The position numbers and the translations under genes were made by a program. Shown piece by piece: positions 20,930-29,693 of a stretch of DNA of 64,000 nucleotides (positions are counted from its first letter, which is position 1; the number at the start of each line of letters is the position of its first letter). A model generated the notes under the pieces. That model had not been told where the DNA came from. It saw nothing but the letters and a program-made list of their open reading frames with translations, and did no database searches. The DNA comes from Candidatus Binatia bacterium (GTDB lineage: Bacteria; Desulfobacterota; Binatia; UBA9968). The DNA lies in the NCBI GenBank assembly GCA_036004365.1, contig DASYRN010000045.1, positions 7,637-71,636 on the forward strand, written 5' to 3'.

Positions 20930-21244
20930 TTATTTTGATGCCTTCTCGAGTTCGGTTTCACCGGCAATGTAAAATTCACTCTCGCGAAGTTTGATCTGGT
21001 ACAAGGTTCTGCCTTTTCGATAAACATCATCGGACGCATGGGCGGGGAGTTGGCCCACAAACACACCGTCCTTGACCTCTCCCTTTAACGACGGATCATC
21101 CTTCCATCTGACAATGTCTCCTTTTTTAAAGGAAAAGAGAAAAGAAAAGGTCTCGTCAAGCCGCGGGTCGTCGATTTTTATAAAATCCATAACCGATATT
21201 GTGTGGGGTAAAAATTCCTTTGTCAAAGGGGATTCGCCTAGCAA
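20930..21244 (-). CDS. Hypothetical protein in an AT-richer patch
   Basis: 104 aa ORF, no recognisable domain; local GC clearly below the window average. Confidence 0.35.
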   Translation of the reverse strand: MLGESPLTKEFLPHTISVMDFIKIDDPRLDETFSFLFSFKKGDIVRWKDDPSLKGEVKDGVFVGQLPAHASDDVYRKGRTLYQIKLRESEFYIAGETELEKASK

Positions 21245-21290
21245 GAACCGCGGAATCAGCCATTAACGATCGCGCTGAATACGGCTGACA

Positions 21291-21310
21291 TTTGTTGAGA
21301 ATTCTTACGC
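21291..21310. repeat. Degenerate copy of the palindromic element (TTGTTGAGAATTCTTACG)
   Basis: Shares TGAGAATTCT; intergenic, upstream of pqiA. Confidence 0.4.
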
Positions 21311-21446
21311 ATTGGCCAGAATTGTCATTTTGGACGATCTTCGTTCCATTTAAACCACTATGAGTGCGATTCTTAACTTCACCCAAAAGACCGCAAATCC
21401 TTTAAAAAACCGCGTCTTGTGTTGCTAAGCTAAAGATTGGCATGGA

Positions 21447-22118
21447 TTGTGCTACATCTTTTCCGCTCTTGTGGGGGGTCGAAAGAGTAAAGCAGACCTC
21501 GAAATTTTAATGGAAACAATCATCGCCTGCAAAACGTGCGGCCTGGTGCAGCGCATGGAGGAAGTCCAGTCGGACATAGCGGCGGAGTGTTGTCGCTGTG
21601 GGTCGATCATCGGCAAGCTCAACGTCAACAGCCTCGCACGCACGGCAGCGTTCTCGCTAGCCGCGCTGATTCTTTACGTACCGGCCAATATCTATCCGAT
21701 TCTCCATATGAATTATTACGGCGTGTATTCCGAAAGCACTGTTTGGGACGGCTGCGTGAAACTCTTTCGGGACGGCCAGTGGCTGGTGGCCGTGATCGTT
21801 TTTCTCGCCAGTATTTTGATTCCACTTTTAAAACTGCTCGGGCTTTTCTATTTGGTCGTCAGCGCGAAATTCAAATCCGCGCGTCAGCAGCAGGAACGGA
21901 CTTGGATTTACAAGACCATCGAAGTGATCGGTCCATGGGCAATGCTCGACGTCTTCCTCCTCGCGGTGCTCGTGGCGTTGGTCAAGCTGCAGCAGATCGC
22001 TACCGTCCTCCCTGGTCGGGGGCTCTTGGCGTTCACCGCCATGGTGGTGTTGACTATTTTGGCTTCGGCCAGTTTTGACCCGAGGTTGATTTGGAACGAA
22101 ACGGATGAAGAGTCATGA
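21447..22118 (+). CDS. pqiA: Paraquat-inducible protein A family membrane protein (single PqiA domain)
   Basis: N-terminal CxxC...CxxC zinc-ribbon-like segment followed by PqiA-type TM helices; directly upstream of an MCE/PqiB gene. Confidence 0.75.
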   Translation: MCYIFSALVGGRKSKADLEILMETIIACKTCGLVQRMEEVQSDIAAECCRCGSIIGKLNVNSLARTAAFSLAALILYVPANIYPILHMNYYGVYSESTVWDGCVKLFRDGQWLVAVIVFLASILIPLLKLLGLFYLVVSAKFKSARQQQERTWIYKTIEVIGPWAMLDVFLLAVLVALVKLQQIATVLPGRGLLAFTAMVVLTILASASFDPRLIWNETDEES

Positions 22119-23032
22119 GCGATTTGCAAAAAAATGCTGAAACCACCGAAGAGTTGCCCAAGGCAAAGGTCAAGATAAAGAGATGGAACTTTCCCGTCGT
22201 CTGGATTGTTCCCGTGATTGCCGCCATTGTTACAGGCTATCTTGTTTACGATCGCGTGCAGGAGTTTGGTCCGAAGATCACGATCAGGTTCAAGAACGGC
22301 AGCGGCCTTAAGATCGGCCAAACACCAATTAAGTATCGCGGCGTGCAGATTGGCGAAGTGACGGCGGTTGAATTGAGCGACGACCAGCAGAACGTGCTGG
22401 TGAAGGTACGACTGCGCCGCTCGGCGGCTTCCATTGCCCGGGAAGGAGCGGTTTTCTGGATCGTGCGTCCCGAAATGGGACTTTCAAACATCGCTGCCTT
22501 GGGGACGGTCATTACCGGACCGGAGATTGCGGTATTGCCGGGCACTGGCAAGGACCAAGCAGAATTTGTGGGTCTGGAGAGTTCGCCGGTGGTAGTAGAA
22601 GGTAATGAGCTGAAGATCGTTCTGGTCTCCGGCCGTGCCGGGTCATTGATAGCGAGTTCGCCGGTTTACTATCGGGGCGTCGAGGTAGGCACCATCCAAG
22701 ATATTCAGCTCAACAACGACGCCCGCACGGTGAACATCCACGTGTTCATCAAGCAGCGGTATGCGAACCTGGTCCGGAGCAGCTCGAAGTTTTGGAATGT
22801 AAGTGGCGTGGATGTGAGCATCGGCTTGTTCCGCGGCATGGAAATCAATATGGAATCGCTGAGATCGCTGGCGGTCGGGGGAATCGCCTTTGCCACCCCG
22901 AACGATCCAAAAGGCAAGCCGGCGAAGGACGGGATGGTATTTCCCCTTCACGACAAATCGAATAAGGAATGGTTGGAGTGGGCGCCGAAGATACCGATTC
23001 CACGGGAGAAACAGTTAGAGAAGTCGAGATAA
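22115..23032 (+). CDS. pqiB: MCE-domain protein (PqiB/MlaD family)
   Basis: N-terminal TM anchor then MCE domain; 4 nt overlap with pqiA. Confidence 0.8.
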   Translation: MSDLQKNAETTEELPKAKVKIKRWNFPVVWIVPVIAAIVTGYLVYDRVQEFGPKITIRFKNGSGLKIGQTPIKYRGVQIGEVTAVELSDDQQNVLVKVRLRRSAASIAREGAVFWIVRPEMGLSNIAALGTVITGPEIAVLPGTGKDQAEFVGLESSPVVVEGNELKIVLVSGRAGSLIASSPVYYRGVEVGTIQDIQLNNDARTVNIHVFIKQRYANLVRSSSKFWNVSGVDVSIGLFRGMEINMESLRSLAVGGIAFATPNDPKGKPAKDGMVFPLHDKSNKEWLEWAPKIPIPREKQLEKSR

Positions 23033-23352
23033 GTTCGATTAGCGGCGGATCTGTGTCCAGCCTGATAGGACCTATTTCCCCTTGCGGTAACACAACACGC
23101 ACCGATTTTTTGCAGTCCTAATTCCTTGCACCTGGGTGAATATTACCCTTCTTGACAGCTTGATCTCTCTCAAATATCGTCAAGCTATCATTCTTCAAGA
23201 TTAGTATTCGGTGGTATGAGTGACGGCCGAATTTTTTTTGCTTTAGGACTGCATCGTAGGTGGTCAGTGGAAATTTCCGCGGATAGAAACGGCCGAAAAC
23301 AAAAAATGAGCAGAACAACGGAATCCACATTGAATTAGTTGAGGAGGTAAAA

Positions 23353-23604
23353 ATGCCACTTTTTATGGACATCCACAGGAAAGCAGACGGAATAACGTCC
23401 CAAGCGCTCGCCGAGGCACACCGTAAGGATCTTGCCGTGCAGGGAAAGCACGGCGTCAAGTTCGTCAACTACTGGTACAATGAAGGCGAGGGCGCGATTT
23501 TTTGTTTGTGCGAAGCTCCAAGTAAAGAGGCGGCTGAAGCGGTACATCGCGAGGCTCACGGTGAGTTAGCAGACGAAATCATCGAGGTTAAAGAGGGGTC
23601 GTAG
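23353..23604 (+). CDS. DUF4242 domain protein
   Basis: 83 aa, MPLFMDIHRK... typical DUF4242 start; strong RBS AGGAGGT. Confidence 0.7.
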   Translation: MPLFMDIHRKADGITSQALAEAHRKDLAVQGKHGVKFVNYWYNEGEGAIFCLCEAPSKEAAEAVHREAHGELADEIIEVKEGS

Positions 23605-23791
23605 CAAGCTGAGGGAGCCATGAAACGATCCGCAGGTTCTTCGATCACCCACAGAAAAGCGGTCAGCCCTTGAAAACATGAATTCTGCTTTGCTGAGGCT
23701 GCGCTGGCACGAGGCCGGTTGATCGAGTATCCGAGCATCCTGAATCGATTCCGGGTTTCCGAAGCCCTTCCCTGTTTCACCGCCGTTCAAC

Positions 23792-24025
23792 ATGACCCTT
23801 TGCAATCACACAACGCTCGAACTGTTACCTGAAAAGAAAAAAAGAGTGCGGTGCCGGCACTGCCACCTGATCCTAGACGGCGAGGAGCTGGGAGATGGCT
23901 ATTGCCCGGAATGTTTTGAGACGTCCGGCAAGAAGCAATATGACTTCGAGGATATGGAACCCGAAAGGGGAGGGGTCGCCCGCTACAGATGCGAAGAGTG
24001 CGGTGCCATCGTTGAAAGCGCGTAG
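23792..24025 (+). CDS. Small zinc-ribbon protein (two CxxC pairs plus CxxC)
   Basis: 77 aa with CRHCH...CPEC and CEEC motifs. Confidence 0.5.
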   Translation: MTLCNHTTLELLPEKKKRVRCRHCHLILDGEELGDGYCPECFETSGKKQYDFEDMEPERGGVARYRCEECGAIVESA

Positions 24026-24137
24026 TAAACTACTTGGCGCTACTGTGCCATTGAGTTTGTCTCGGACAAACTGTGATCAGGAGGACGGGTTCACAGATCA
24101 GTCAGGCAGCAAAAACCGCATGGCGAACAAGGATCAG

Positions 24138-24299
24138 TAGCTTTCCACCGGTGATTGGGGGCGGATCTCTCCTGTGATCGGATCTTCACCCTCAACAGGT
24201 GGCCCGCCTCGCTTTTTCTCTGCCTTGCGCTGCTGGCGGCGAGCGACCTTTTCTATTTGCTTCTGCCGGCGCGCCATCTCCTTCTGGCGTTTCATGTAA
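24138..24299 (-). CDS. Small basic protein (53 aa), not in the ORF track
   Basis: Hand translation of the minus strand: MKRQKEMARRQKQIEKVARRQQRKAEKKRGGPPVEGEDPITGEIRPQSPVESY. Basic N-terminal half, acidic C-terminal half; weak GGGAAA SD. Confidence 0.3.
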
Positions 24300-24383
24300 G
24301 TTTGATTTCCCATACGGATAGATTAACACATACCAAAGGCAACAGGAACCGCCTCTTCAAAGAAAGCCGCGTTAAAGTATAAA

Positions 24384-24415
24384 GGGGCGTACTGATCTAC
24401 GCCCCTTTTTGCTTA
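24384..24415. terminator. Bidirectional rho-independent terminator hairpin
   Basis: GGGGCGTA-ctgatc-TACGCCCC stem-loop followed by TTTTTG on the + strand, preceded by an A-rich run, so it can serve the minus-strand RRM gene ending at 24432. Confidence 0.55.
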
Positions 24416-24431
24416 GATTCTACAAGATAGG

Positions 24432-24746
24432 CTACCAGCGGTCGCGCCTGCCACCTCCACCGCCACCCCTTCTATCCCCACCGAACCCTGACCGCTTCTC
24501 CTGAGGCCGCGCCTCATTGACAGTGAGATTGCGCCCGTCGAACTCGGTTCCGTTCAGAGCCTGGATCGCTTTCTGGGCCTCCGCGCCGGAGCTCATCTCG
24601 ACAAAACCAAAGCCCTTGGACCGGCCGGTGAATTTGTCGGTGATCACCCGGGCGGATTCGACGGTGCCGTGCGCCGAGAATAGTTCCTCGAGCTGCTTGT
24701 CGGTGGTCGCGTAGGACAATCCACCTACGTAGACTTTATTCGTCAT
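24432..24746 (-). CDS. RRM-type RNA-binding protein with Gly/Arg-rich C-terminal tail
   Basis: RNP motifs VYVGGLSY and KGFGFVEM; RGG tail; AGGAGG RBS 5 nt upstream of ATG at 24746. Confidence 0.85.
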   Translation of the reverse strand: MTNKVYVGGLSYATTDKQLEELFSAHGTVESARVITDKFTGRSKGFGFVEMSSGAEAQKAIQALNGTEFDGRNLTVNEARPQEKRSGFGGDRRGGGGGGRRDRW

Positions 24747-25306
24747 GTTCTCCTCCTTTAGAAAAATGTTAGTGTCTTTCACCCTGGAATCTGATTACCG
24801 CGGGAGCAGAACATGGGGTTGGAACCCAGCGCTGGCCGGATTATCCTCCAAGGTAATACTTCGCAAGGAAAGACTCCCCCCGAGCCTTAAACTTTTATCT
24901 GTCTCACTTTCAGAAGGCCCCATACTGAAGTGACTTTAGCTTGTCTTGTTTGCCCTCTCGGTGCAACGGAGCCGGGCGCGTCCTTTATCGTGCAGACGAC
25001 GGCTCGACACGAGCCCAAGTCACTATCATTCTAGGGTCGTCCGACGCAAGAGGTAGGCGGCGCGCAAGAAAACGTTGGAACAGAATGCGCAAAGAGGCCA
25101 AGAGCTTTTTGAGCGATATAAAGGGGTGTAGGAAGCCTCCGATAGTGCCTATTAATGTCGTGTTAATGGAAGGGGAGGTTGGGTCCTCCAGGAACCAAGC
25201 ATGCTTTATGAAACGCGATCGTATCCTTTCGATGGTGGTCTCTGGGTCCGACCAGCACCTAAGGCGCATCGACTCCGGAAGAATTATTTTAACCAACCGG
25301 CGACCG

Positions 25307-25322
25307 TTTGAGAATTCTCAAG
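25307..25322. repeat. Copy of the TTGAGAATTCTCAA palindromic element (TTTGAGAATTCTCAAG)
   Basis: Perfect 14-bp palindrome in the long intergenic region between the RRM gene and the XRE regulator gene. Confidence 0.7.
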
Positions 25323-25613
25323 AAGGTCAAAATGAACAAACGCGTCAAAGATGACGTTTTTGCAATTGCGAGAGTACGAAAATGTGGTTTGAAGCCTGTC
25401 TAGCGGATCTTCTTTTATAAACGCAGTGGATGTCTGTCAAGTAGGAAAAAGGAAAAAAGGGGAGGATTTCCGAAATATCCAAAAAGCCGCGATCGTGGTC
25501 GTGAAATGTGATCAGGCAGCAGGCCGCGTTGGCGGAATAGCAAGGCAACCGATTTAATCGAGGTTTAAAAAAAAAGCTTGACAGCCCGCGCGACCGCGAT
25601 ATACCTAGGTCCC

Positions 25614-25901
25614 ATGACCGGCATGGAACTCATAAAGCTCAGAAAGCGACTGTCTATGACGCAAACCAGTCTCGCCCGCGCCGTCGGAATGAAGAGAAAA
25701 TCGGTCATTCTCATGGAGCGGGGAGAGGAGCCCATCTTAAGGACCACCGAGCTGTCGGTGAGGCTGCTGCTGCTGAAGAAGCAAGCTGCGAGGTTCGTAT
25801 TGCGGATAAAAGGGAGAAGACGCTATAGGCCCCGGCCGCGGCAAAACGGAGCTTCACTGTCAGAAATCTTGTCGCATCTTTCTACAGATAGACGGGAATA
25901 A
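25614..25901 (+). CDS. XRE-family helix-turn-helix transcriptional regulator
   Basis: LIKLRKRLSMTQTSLARAVGMKRKSVILMERGE is a Cro/C1-type HTH; start uncertain (25578/25614/25623). Confidence 0.5.
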   Translation: MTGMELIKLRKRLSMTQTSLARAVGMKRKSVILMERGEEPILRTTELSVRLLLLKKQAARFVLRIKGRRRYRPRPRQNGASLSEILSHLSTDRRE

Positions 25902-25989
25902 TCCTGACTGGCTTGAGGAGAAAAAAAAGAGACAGGCCATTTTTTCGTTGAAAACGGAAAGCTGACAACGGAAAAAGCTGCCAGCGTTT

Positions 25990-26229
25990 TCATTCCTTTC
26001 GGGCCTTTTCTCCACTTTCCCGTATTCTCTTACCGGCCTCTTTCATTGCCTCGCCGGCTTTTTCCATCGCTTGACCCGTTTGTTCCTTGGCCTTCTCCAT
26101 TGCTTGATCGACAGCCTTGCCCGTTTTTTCCATAGCACCTTTATCGTCTTCGGATTTTGAGCAGGAGCCCAAGGCAAGCGCAGACAGTCCGACGAGCAAT
26201 GCCAGGCACACGTTTTTGATCAGCTTCAT
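25990..26229 (-). CDS. Small lipoprotein with AMEKxG repeats
   Basis: Signal peptide with lipobox LALGSC; four repeats of the ...QAMEKAKE.../...EAMKEAGK... type; GGAGGG RBS. Confidence 0.55.
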   Translation of the reverse strand: MKLIKNVCLALLVGLSALALGSCSKSEDDKGAMEKTGKAVDQAMEKAKEQTGQAMEKAGEAMKEAGKRIRESGEKARKE

Positions 26230-26384
26230 TTGTCGGTTACCCTCCTCGTCCAAGTCTTAGTCTAATCCCTATAATAAAAACTCTTGGCACACAAGAAAGG
26301 TTTCTTGACAATCTGGAAGGTTGCGGAATGGGTTGGTTCTCTTAATGTCACAGGGGTTAAAATCCCGTCGGGATGCCACTGGCA

Positions 26385-26666
26385 TCAGTCGGATGCCTTT
26401 GGTTTCGGCGGCCCCGGATATCGGGTAGCAGCCTGGTTTGAAAAGCCATCTAATGCGGCGAGTTGACGCGCGAGGTCGAAGATGGTGTTCTCGATGGCCA
26501 TCCTGGAGGCCTCAATCTCATCGAGCGTTGATCGCGCTATCCCTACCGCTTCCACGAGCTTTACTCCCTCGGGCCGCCTTGCCAGTATCGTGAGACGGTA
26601 ATCGGCCTGGAAAACGCGCCAGTTGAGATAGACGCTTCGCACCTCAGCCTGTAGGTCTGAGGACAT
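26385..26666 (-). CDS. Hypothetical protein, possibly a remnant
   Basis: 93 aa ORF with no RBS and no recognisable domain; sits next to a degenerate region. Confidence 0.25.
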   Translation of the reverse strand: MSSDLQAEVRSVYLNWRVFQADYRLTILARRPEGVKLVEAVGIARSTLDEIEASRMAIENTIFDLARQLAALDGFSNQAATRYPGPPKPKASD

Positions 26667-27091
26667 ATACCGGATCGAAACGGGAGCAGCGGGATCGTCC
26701 TCCAGGACGTAGAAAAGCGCCCGGCCGACGTGGTACTCCCCCCACTTAACTCCGGAGTATCGACACTTCCCACAGCTCGGCGAGAGCCGGATCGACCTGC
26801 ACCTTTACCCTTCGCTCTGGCGGAAGCTGGTAGCGCTGGTCGAAGAGGACCGTTTGGCCTCAGGCGCCAAGCCCGAGCGAAAGGAAAAACAAAGTGAAAA
26901 GGGAGGTCTTGCTCATGAGACGATCTGCAATTTCTTAGCATCTCTCCTAAAAGAGTAAAAGCCCCCGCAAGATAAAGGATGAAGGATAAGGGAAAGATGC
27001 TCATAAGACAGCGGACTTTCGGGGCCGTTCAAAGAATTTTGCTGGTGGCCACATCGAAGCTGTGCTATGTTGGTATGAAATTTTGAGAGCG

Positions 27092-27793
27092 ATGCGAAAG
27101 ACAGGTTTTGCTGCGCGAGATTTTCTCTTCTCGTGCCGATTGATTGTTTTCTGCTTATTTTCTCTATCTTGCTCTATACCCCCGAAGATTCCCACAGTTG
27201 CCGATGAGCGGCTCGAGGCCATGGTTAGAAATGAGGCCTCCGAGATCATAGAAGTGACCCCGGATAAAGAGGAGCTTTCTCGGTATCAGATTTTTCTGTC
27301 AGCCTTTCCCCGGAAGGATATATTAGGAGTGAGTGTCGGGAACCGTCGTATTTATATCAGTTATGAGCTGGTACAACTCGCGTTCAACAGTCCCCGCTAT
27401 CGTTGGCTGCTGAGGCAGACCTTGGCCCACGAGATTGCGCATGAAATAGCGGGGCATGCGAAAGATAGGCGAGTTGTCTCCTACAGTCCTTTTACGTTCG
27501 GCCGCGGCGTGACAGGCGGAGATATCGGCCTTCCGTCGAGCGTGCGATTCCATCATTATTCGGCGGAAAAAGAACTGGAGGCGGATTTAAACGGAATGAA
27601 GTACTGGAGAAAGCTTCAGTGGGACTGCCGGATCTGGGTGCGCATCTTGAGGCAATATTTTCAGATCAACTACACGGGCGATATTTTTCATCCGACAGAC
27701 GAGCGCCTAAGACAAGCATTGAGCGTGTGCCTTCCAGAGTCAGATCCGGAGCGGATCGCTATAGAGAAGAGACTCGAGGCAGTGAGGAGGTAG
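27092..27793 (+). CDS. Putative secreted zinc metallopeptidase (HExxH motif)
   Basis: Hydrophobic N-terminal signal; LAHEIAHEIAGH contains HExxH; 233 aa. Confidence 0.55.
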   Translation: MRKTGFAARDFLFSCRLIVFCLFSLSCSIPPKIPTVADERLEAMVRNEASEIIEVTPDKEELSRYQIFLSAFPRKDILGVSVGNRRIYISYELVQLAFNSPRYRWLLRQTLAHEIAHEIAGHAKDRRVVSYSPFTFGRGVTGGDIGLPSSVRFHHYSAEKELEADLNGMKYWRKLQWDCRIWVRILRQYFQINYTGDIFHPTDERLRQALSVCLPESDPERIAIEKRLEAVRR

Positions 27794-27819
27794 GCAGGCC
27801 GATCTAAGAAAGGTACAAA

Positions 27820-27930
27820 GGCCCGTGCTCGTGATCGTGAAACGTCATCGTGACTAAAGACAAGGATGAAGTATAAGGGATGGAAGCAGAAAAAGAAGTG
27901 GACGTGATCGCGACTCGTGTGCGTGGAAAC
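27820..27930. repeat. Composite short-repeat block: CGTGATCGTGAA-type units flanking GGATGAAG/GGATAAGG purine-rich units
   Basis: cgtgctcgtgatcgtgaaacgtcatcgtgac ... aaggatgaagtataagggatggaag ... gacgtgatcgcgactcgtgtgcgtgg. Confidence 0.6.
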
Positions 27931-27952
27931 TTAGCAGACGCCTTGTGTGAGA

Positions 27953-28348
27953 TTATTGCTCTAAATCGGAAGCTCTCACCCAGCCGACAGCACCCGTCGA
28001 ACTCTTAACCATATACCACAGTCCGCTGCTACCAGCCGCCTTAGCCATTACTGTAAGCGTGTCTCCTCGCTCCAGTTTAGCGACGAGCGGTGAATACTCG
28101 TCCTGGCGGGCGTAGAGATGGACCTCGCTCTGCTTGACCGCGAGGAGAGCGGAGACCGGCGCCTGTGATCCTGCCGGAGCGTTGACGGAGTGTCTGTTTG
28201 CAGCAGGACTCCTCGTGTTTACCCCACGGCGGCTCTCCTTTAGAGCTCCGGTTTGTTTTCCGTATTCGAAGATGGCTTGAGCATCGCTTCTCTCGGCCAT
28301 AACCATGAAGAGCATGGGCACCCAAACCACGGCTAGCACGTGCTTCAT
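27953..28348 (-). CDS. Secreted SH3 (SH3b)-domain protein
   Basis: Signal peptide; C-terminal ...ARQDEYSPLVAKLERGDTLTVMAKAAGSSGLWYMVKSSTGAVGWVRASDLE is typical of a bacterial SH3 domain. Confidence 0.6.
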   Translation of the reverse strand: MKHVLAVVWVPMLFMVMAERSDAQAIFEYGKQTGALKESRRGVNTRSPAANRHSVNAPAGSQAPVSALLAVKQSEVHLYARQDEYSPLVAKLERGDTLTVMAKAAGSSGLWYMVKSSTGAVGWVRASDLEQ

Positions 28349-28379
28349 AGCCTCCCAATTATAGTCGCGAGAGAAGGTC

Positions 28380-28700
28380 GCCGCAATTCAGTGAGCGGCA
28401 CGGACAAGAGATGAGGGATGAATGATAAAAGATAACGGATGAAGGATCGAAGCGGAAAGAGGAAAAGAGAAAGAGAAAAAAGACCTGATCGGATTCGTGC
28501 TCGTCATCGTAAAGGAACAGCCTTGACACGTTTTCGGCCTTCGAATAGGTTAGTTTTGGCCAAGTCGTTGATCCTCAAGAGACGTGCACGTGTTCGAGAT
28601 TCGTGTTCGTGTAAACTTGCACGTTTTGAGAATTCTCAAAGCTTCGAAAAGCGCCACGATCGTCTTCGTGGAACGTGATCGTGAACAAGAACTGATGCTG
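28380..28700. repeat. Large composite short-repeat block (purine-rich GGATGA units, then several CGTG(A/T)TCGTG units) also holding a palindromic element copy
   Basis: gagatgagggatgaatgataaaagataacggatgaaggatcgaagcggaaagagg ... ttcgtgctcgtcatcgtaaagg ... cgtgttcgagattcgtgttcgtg ... cacgatcgtcttcgtggaacgtgatcgtgaac. Confidence 0.6.
28624..28639. repeat. Copy of the palindromic element (TTTGAGAATTCTCAAA, perfect 16-bp palindrome)
   Basis: Located between the SH3 gene and the S1/P1 nuclease gene, embedded in the CGTGATCGTGAA-type repeats. Confidence 0.7.
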
Positions 28701-28870
28701 TTATCACTTTTACGATTGCGCAAGTGCGCAAATGAGAAAATGTCCCAAGGCGCGAGCCTTGAGGTATGAGGACAAAAGGTGAGGATGATTCAGGAGGAAC
28801 GATAGCGGAACAAGGGAAAACGGCGGGGAGAAGAGGCTGGAGAGACCGGATAATTTTTTCTACGAGGAAG

Positions 28871-29686
28871 ATGGCGGCAACAAACCGCACCCGGAGAATT
28901 AAGGGAGTGGTTCGGGTCTGCGGGCTGTTCTTCCTGTACGATCTACTTGCTGTTTCCCCCGGTTTTTCCTGGCATGACAAAGGCCATCGCGTTGTGGCGA
29001 TCATCGCCCAGGCGAATCTCACCCCGGAGGCCAAAAAACGGATTCAGGAGATAGTACCTTCAGGCACCACTCTCGCCGACGCAGCCGTCTGGCCGGACTA
29101 CGAAGGGAGAAAAGTGGGAGATTTGGATCCGCTCCACTACGTCAGTATTTCCGACGGCGCCAACGGCTACGATCAAGCGCGTGACTGTCCGGAGAAAAAC
29201 TGTATGGTTGAAGCACTCAAGTGGTTTTCATCGAACATCGCCGACGAGAATGCCCCGACCGTCATGAGACGAATCGCTCTGCGGTATGTCGCGCATCTGG
29301 TCGGTGACCTGCACCAGCCGCTGCATGCGGGCAGGGCAACGGATCGAGGCGGCACGGATATCACGGTGACGTATAGAAGACAGACGACCAACCTGCACTT
29401 CTTTTGGGATAAAGACTTAGTGGAGATGGAAGAAGGAAACGCAGAGGAGGTAGCTGAGCGGCTTGGGGCGAGCCTTACTGAAGAGGAACGTCTTAAATGG
29501 CGGGCGGGCGACCCGAAACAATGGACTGATGAGTCGCTCGTGCTTGCAAGATCCTATGCGTACCCTATAGGGGGATCCTTTGAGCTTTCTGACGACTACG
29601 TAGAAAGGGCCCGACCGATTGTGCGAGTAAGGCTTGTTCAGGCTGGGATAAGATTAGCATGGTTGCTGAACATGGCTTTCAAATAG
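28871..29686 (+). CDS. S1/P1 nuclease family protein (secreted)
   Basis: WHDKGH near the mature N-terminus and HLVGDLHQPLHAG zinc-binding motifs; start set at the ATG after GAGGAAG. Confidence 0.85.
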   Translation: MAATNRTRRIKGVVRVCGLFFLYDLLAVSPGFSWHDKGHRVVAIIAQANLTPEAKKRIQEIVPSGTTLADAAVWPDYEGRKVGDLDPLHYVSISDGANGYDQARDCPEKNCMVEALKWFSSNIADENAPTVMRRIALRYVAHLVGDLHQPLHAGRATDRGGTDITVTYRRQTTNLHFFWDKDLVEMEEGNAEEVAERLGASLTEEERLKWRAGDPKQWTDESLVLARSYAYPIGGSFELSDDYVERARPIVRVRLVQAGIRLAWLLNMAFK

Positions 29687-29693
29687 GATTGTT

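Noticed and set aside
24941-25354. 137-aa + ORF and overlapping 103-aa minus ORF in the long intergenic region
   Set aside because: Arg-rich, low-complexity translations with no RBS and no domain. Treated as non-coding, probably UTR or regulatory DNA.
26561-27004. 147-aa minus-strand ORF
   Set aside because: Pro/Arg/Gly/Ser-rich nonsense-like translation opposite a + strand frame with more protein-like composition; no RBS.
28380-28700. Possible CRISPR array suggested by the short direct repeats
   Set aside because: Units are degenerate, irregular in length and spacing, have no unique spacers, and no cas genes are nearby. Classified as a short tandem or interspersed repeat family.
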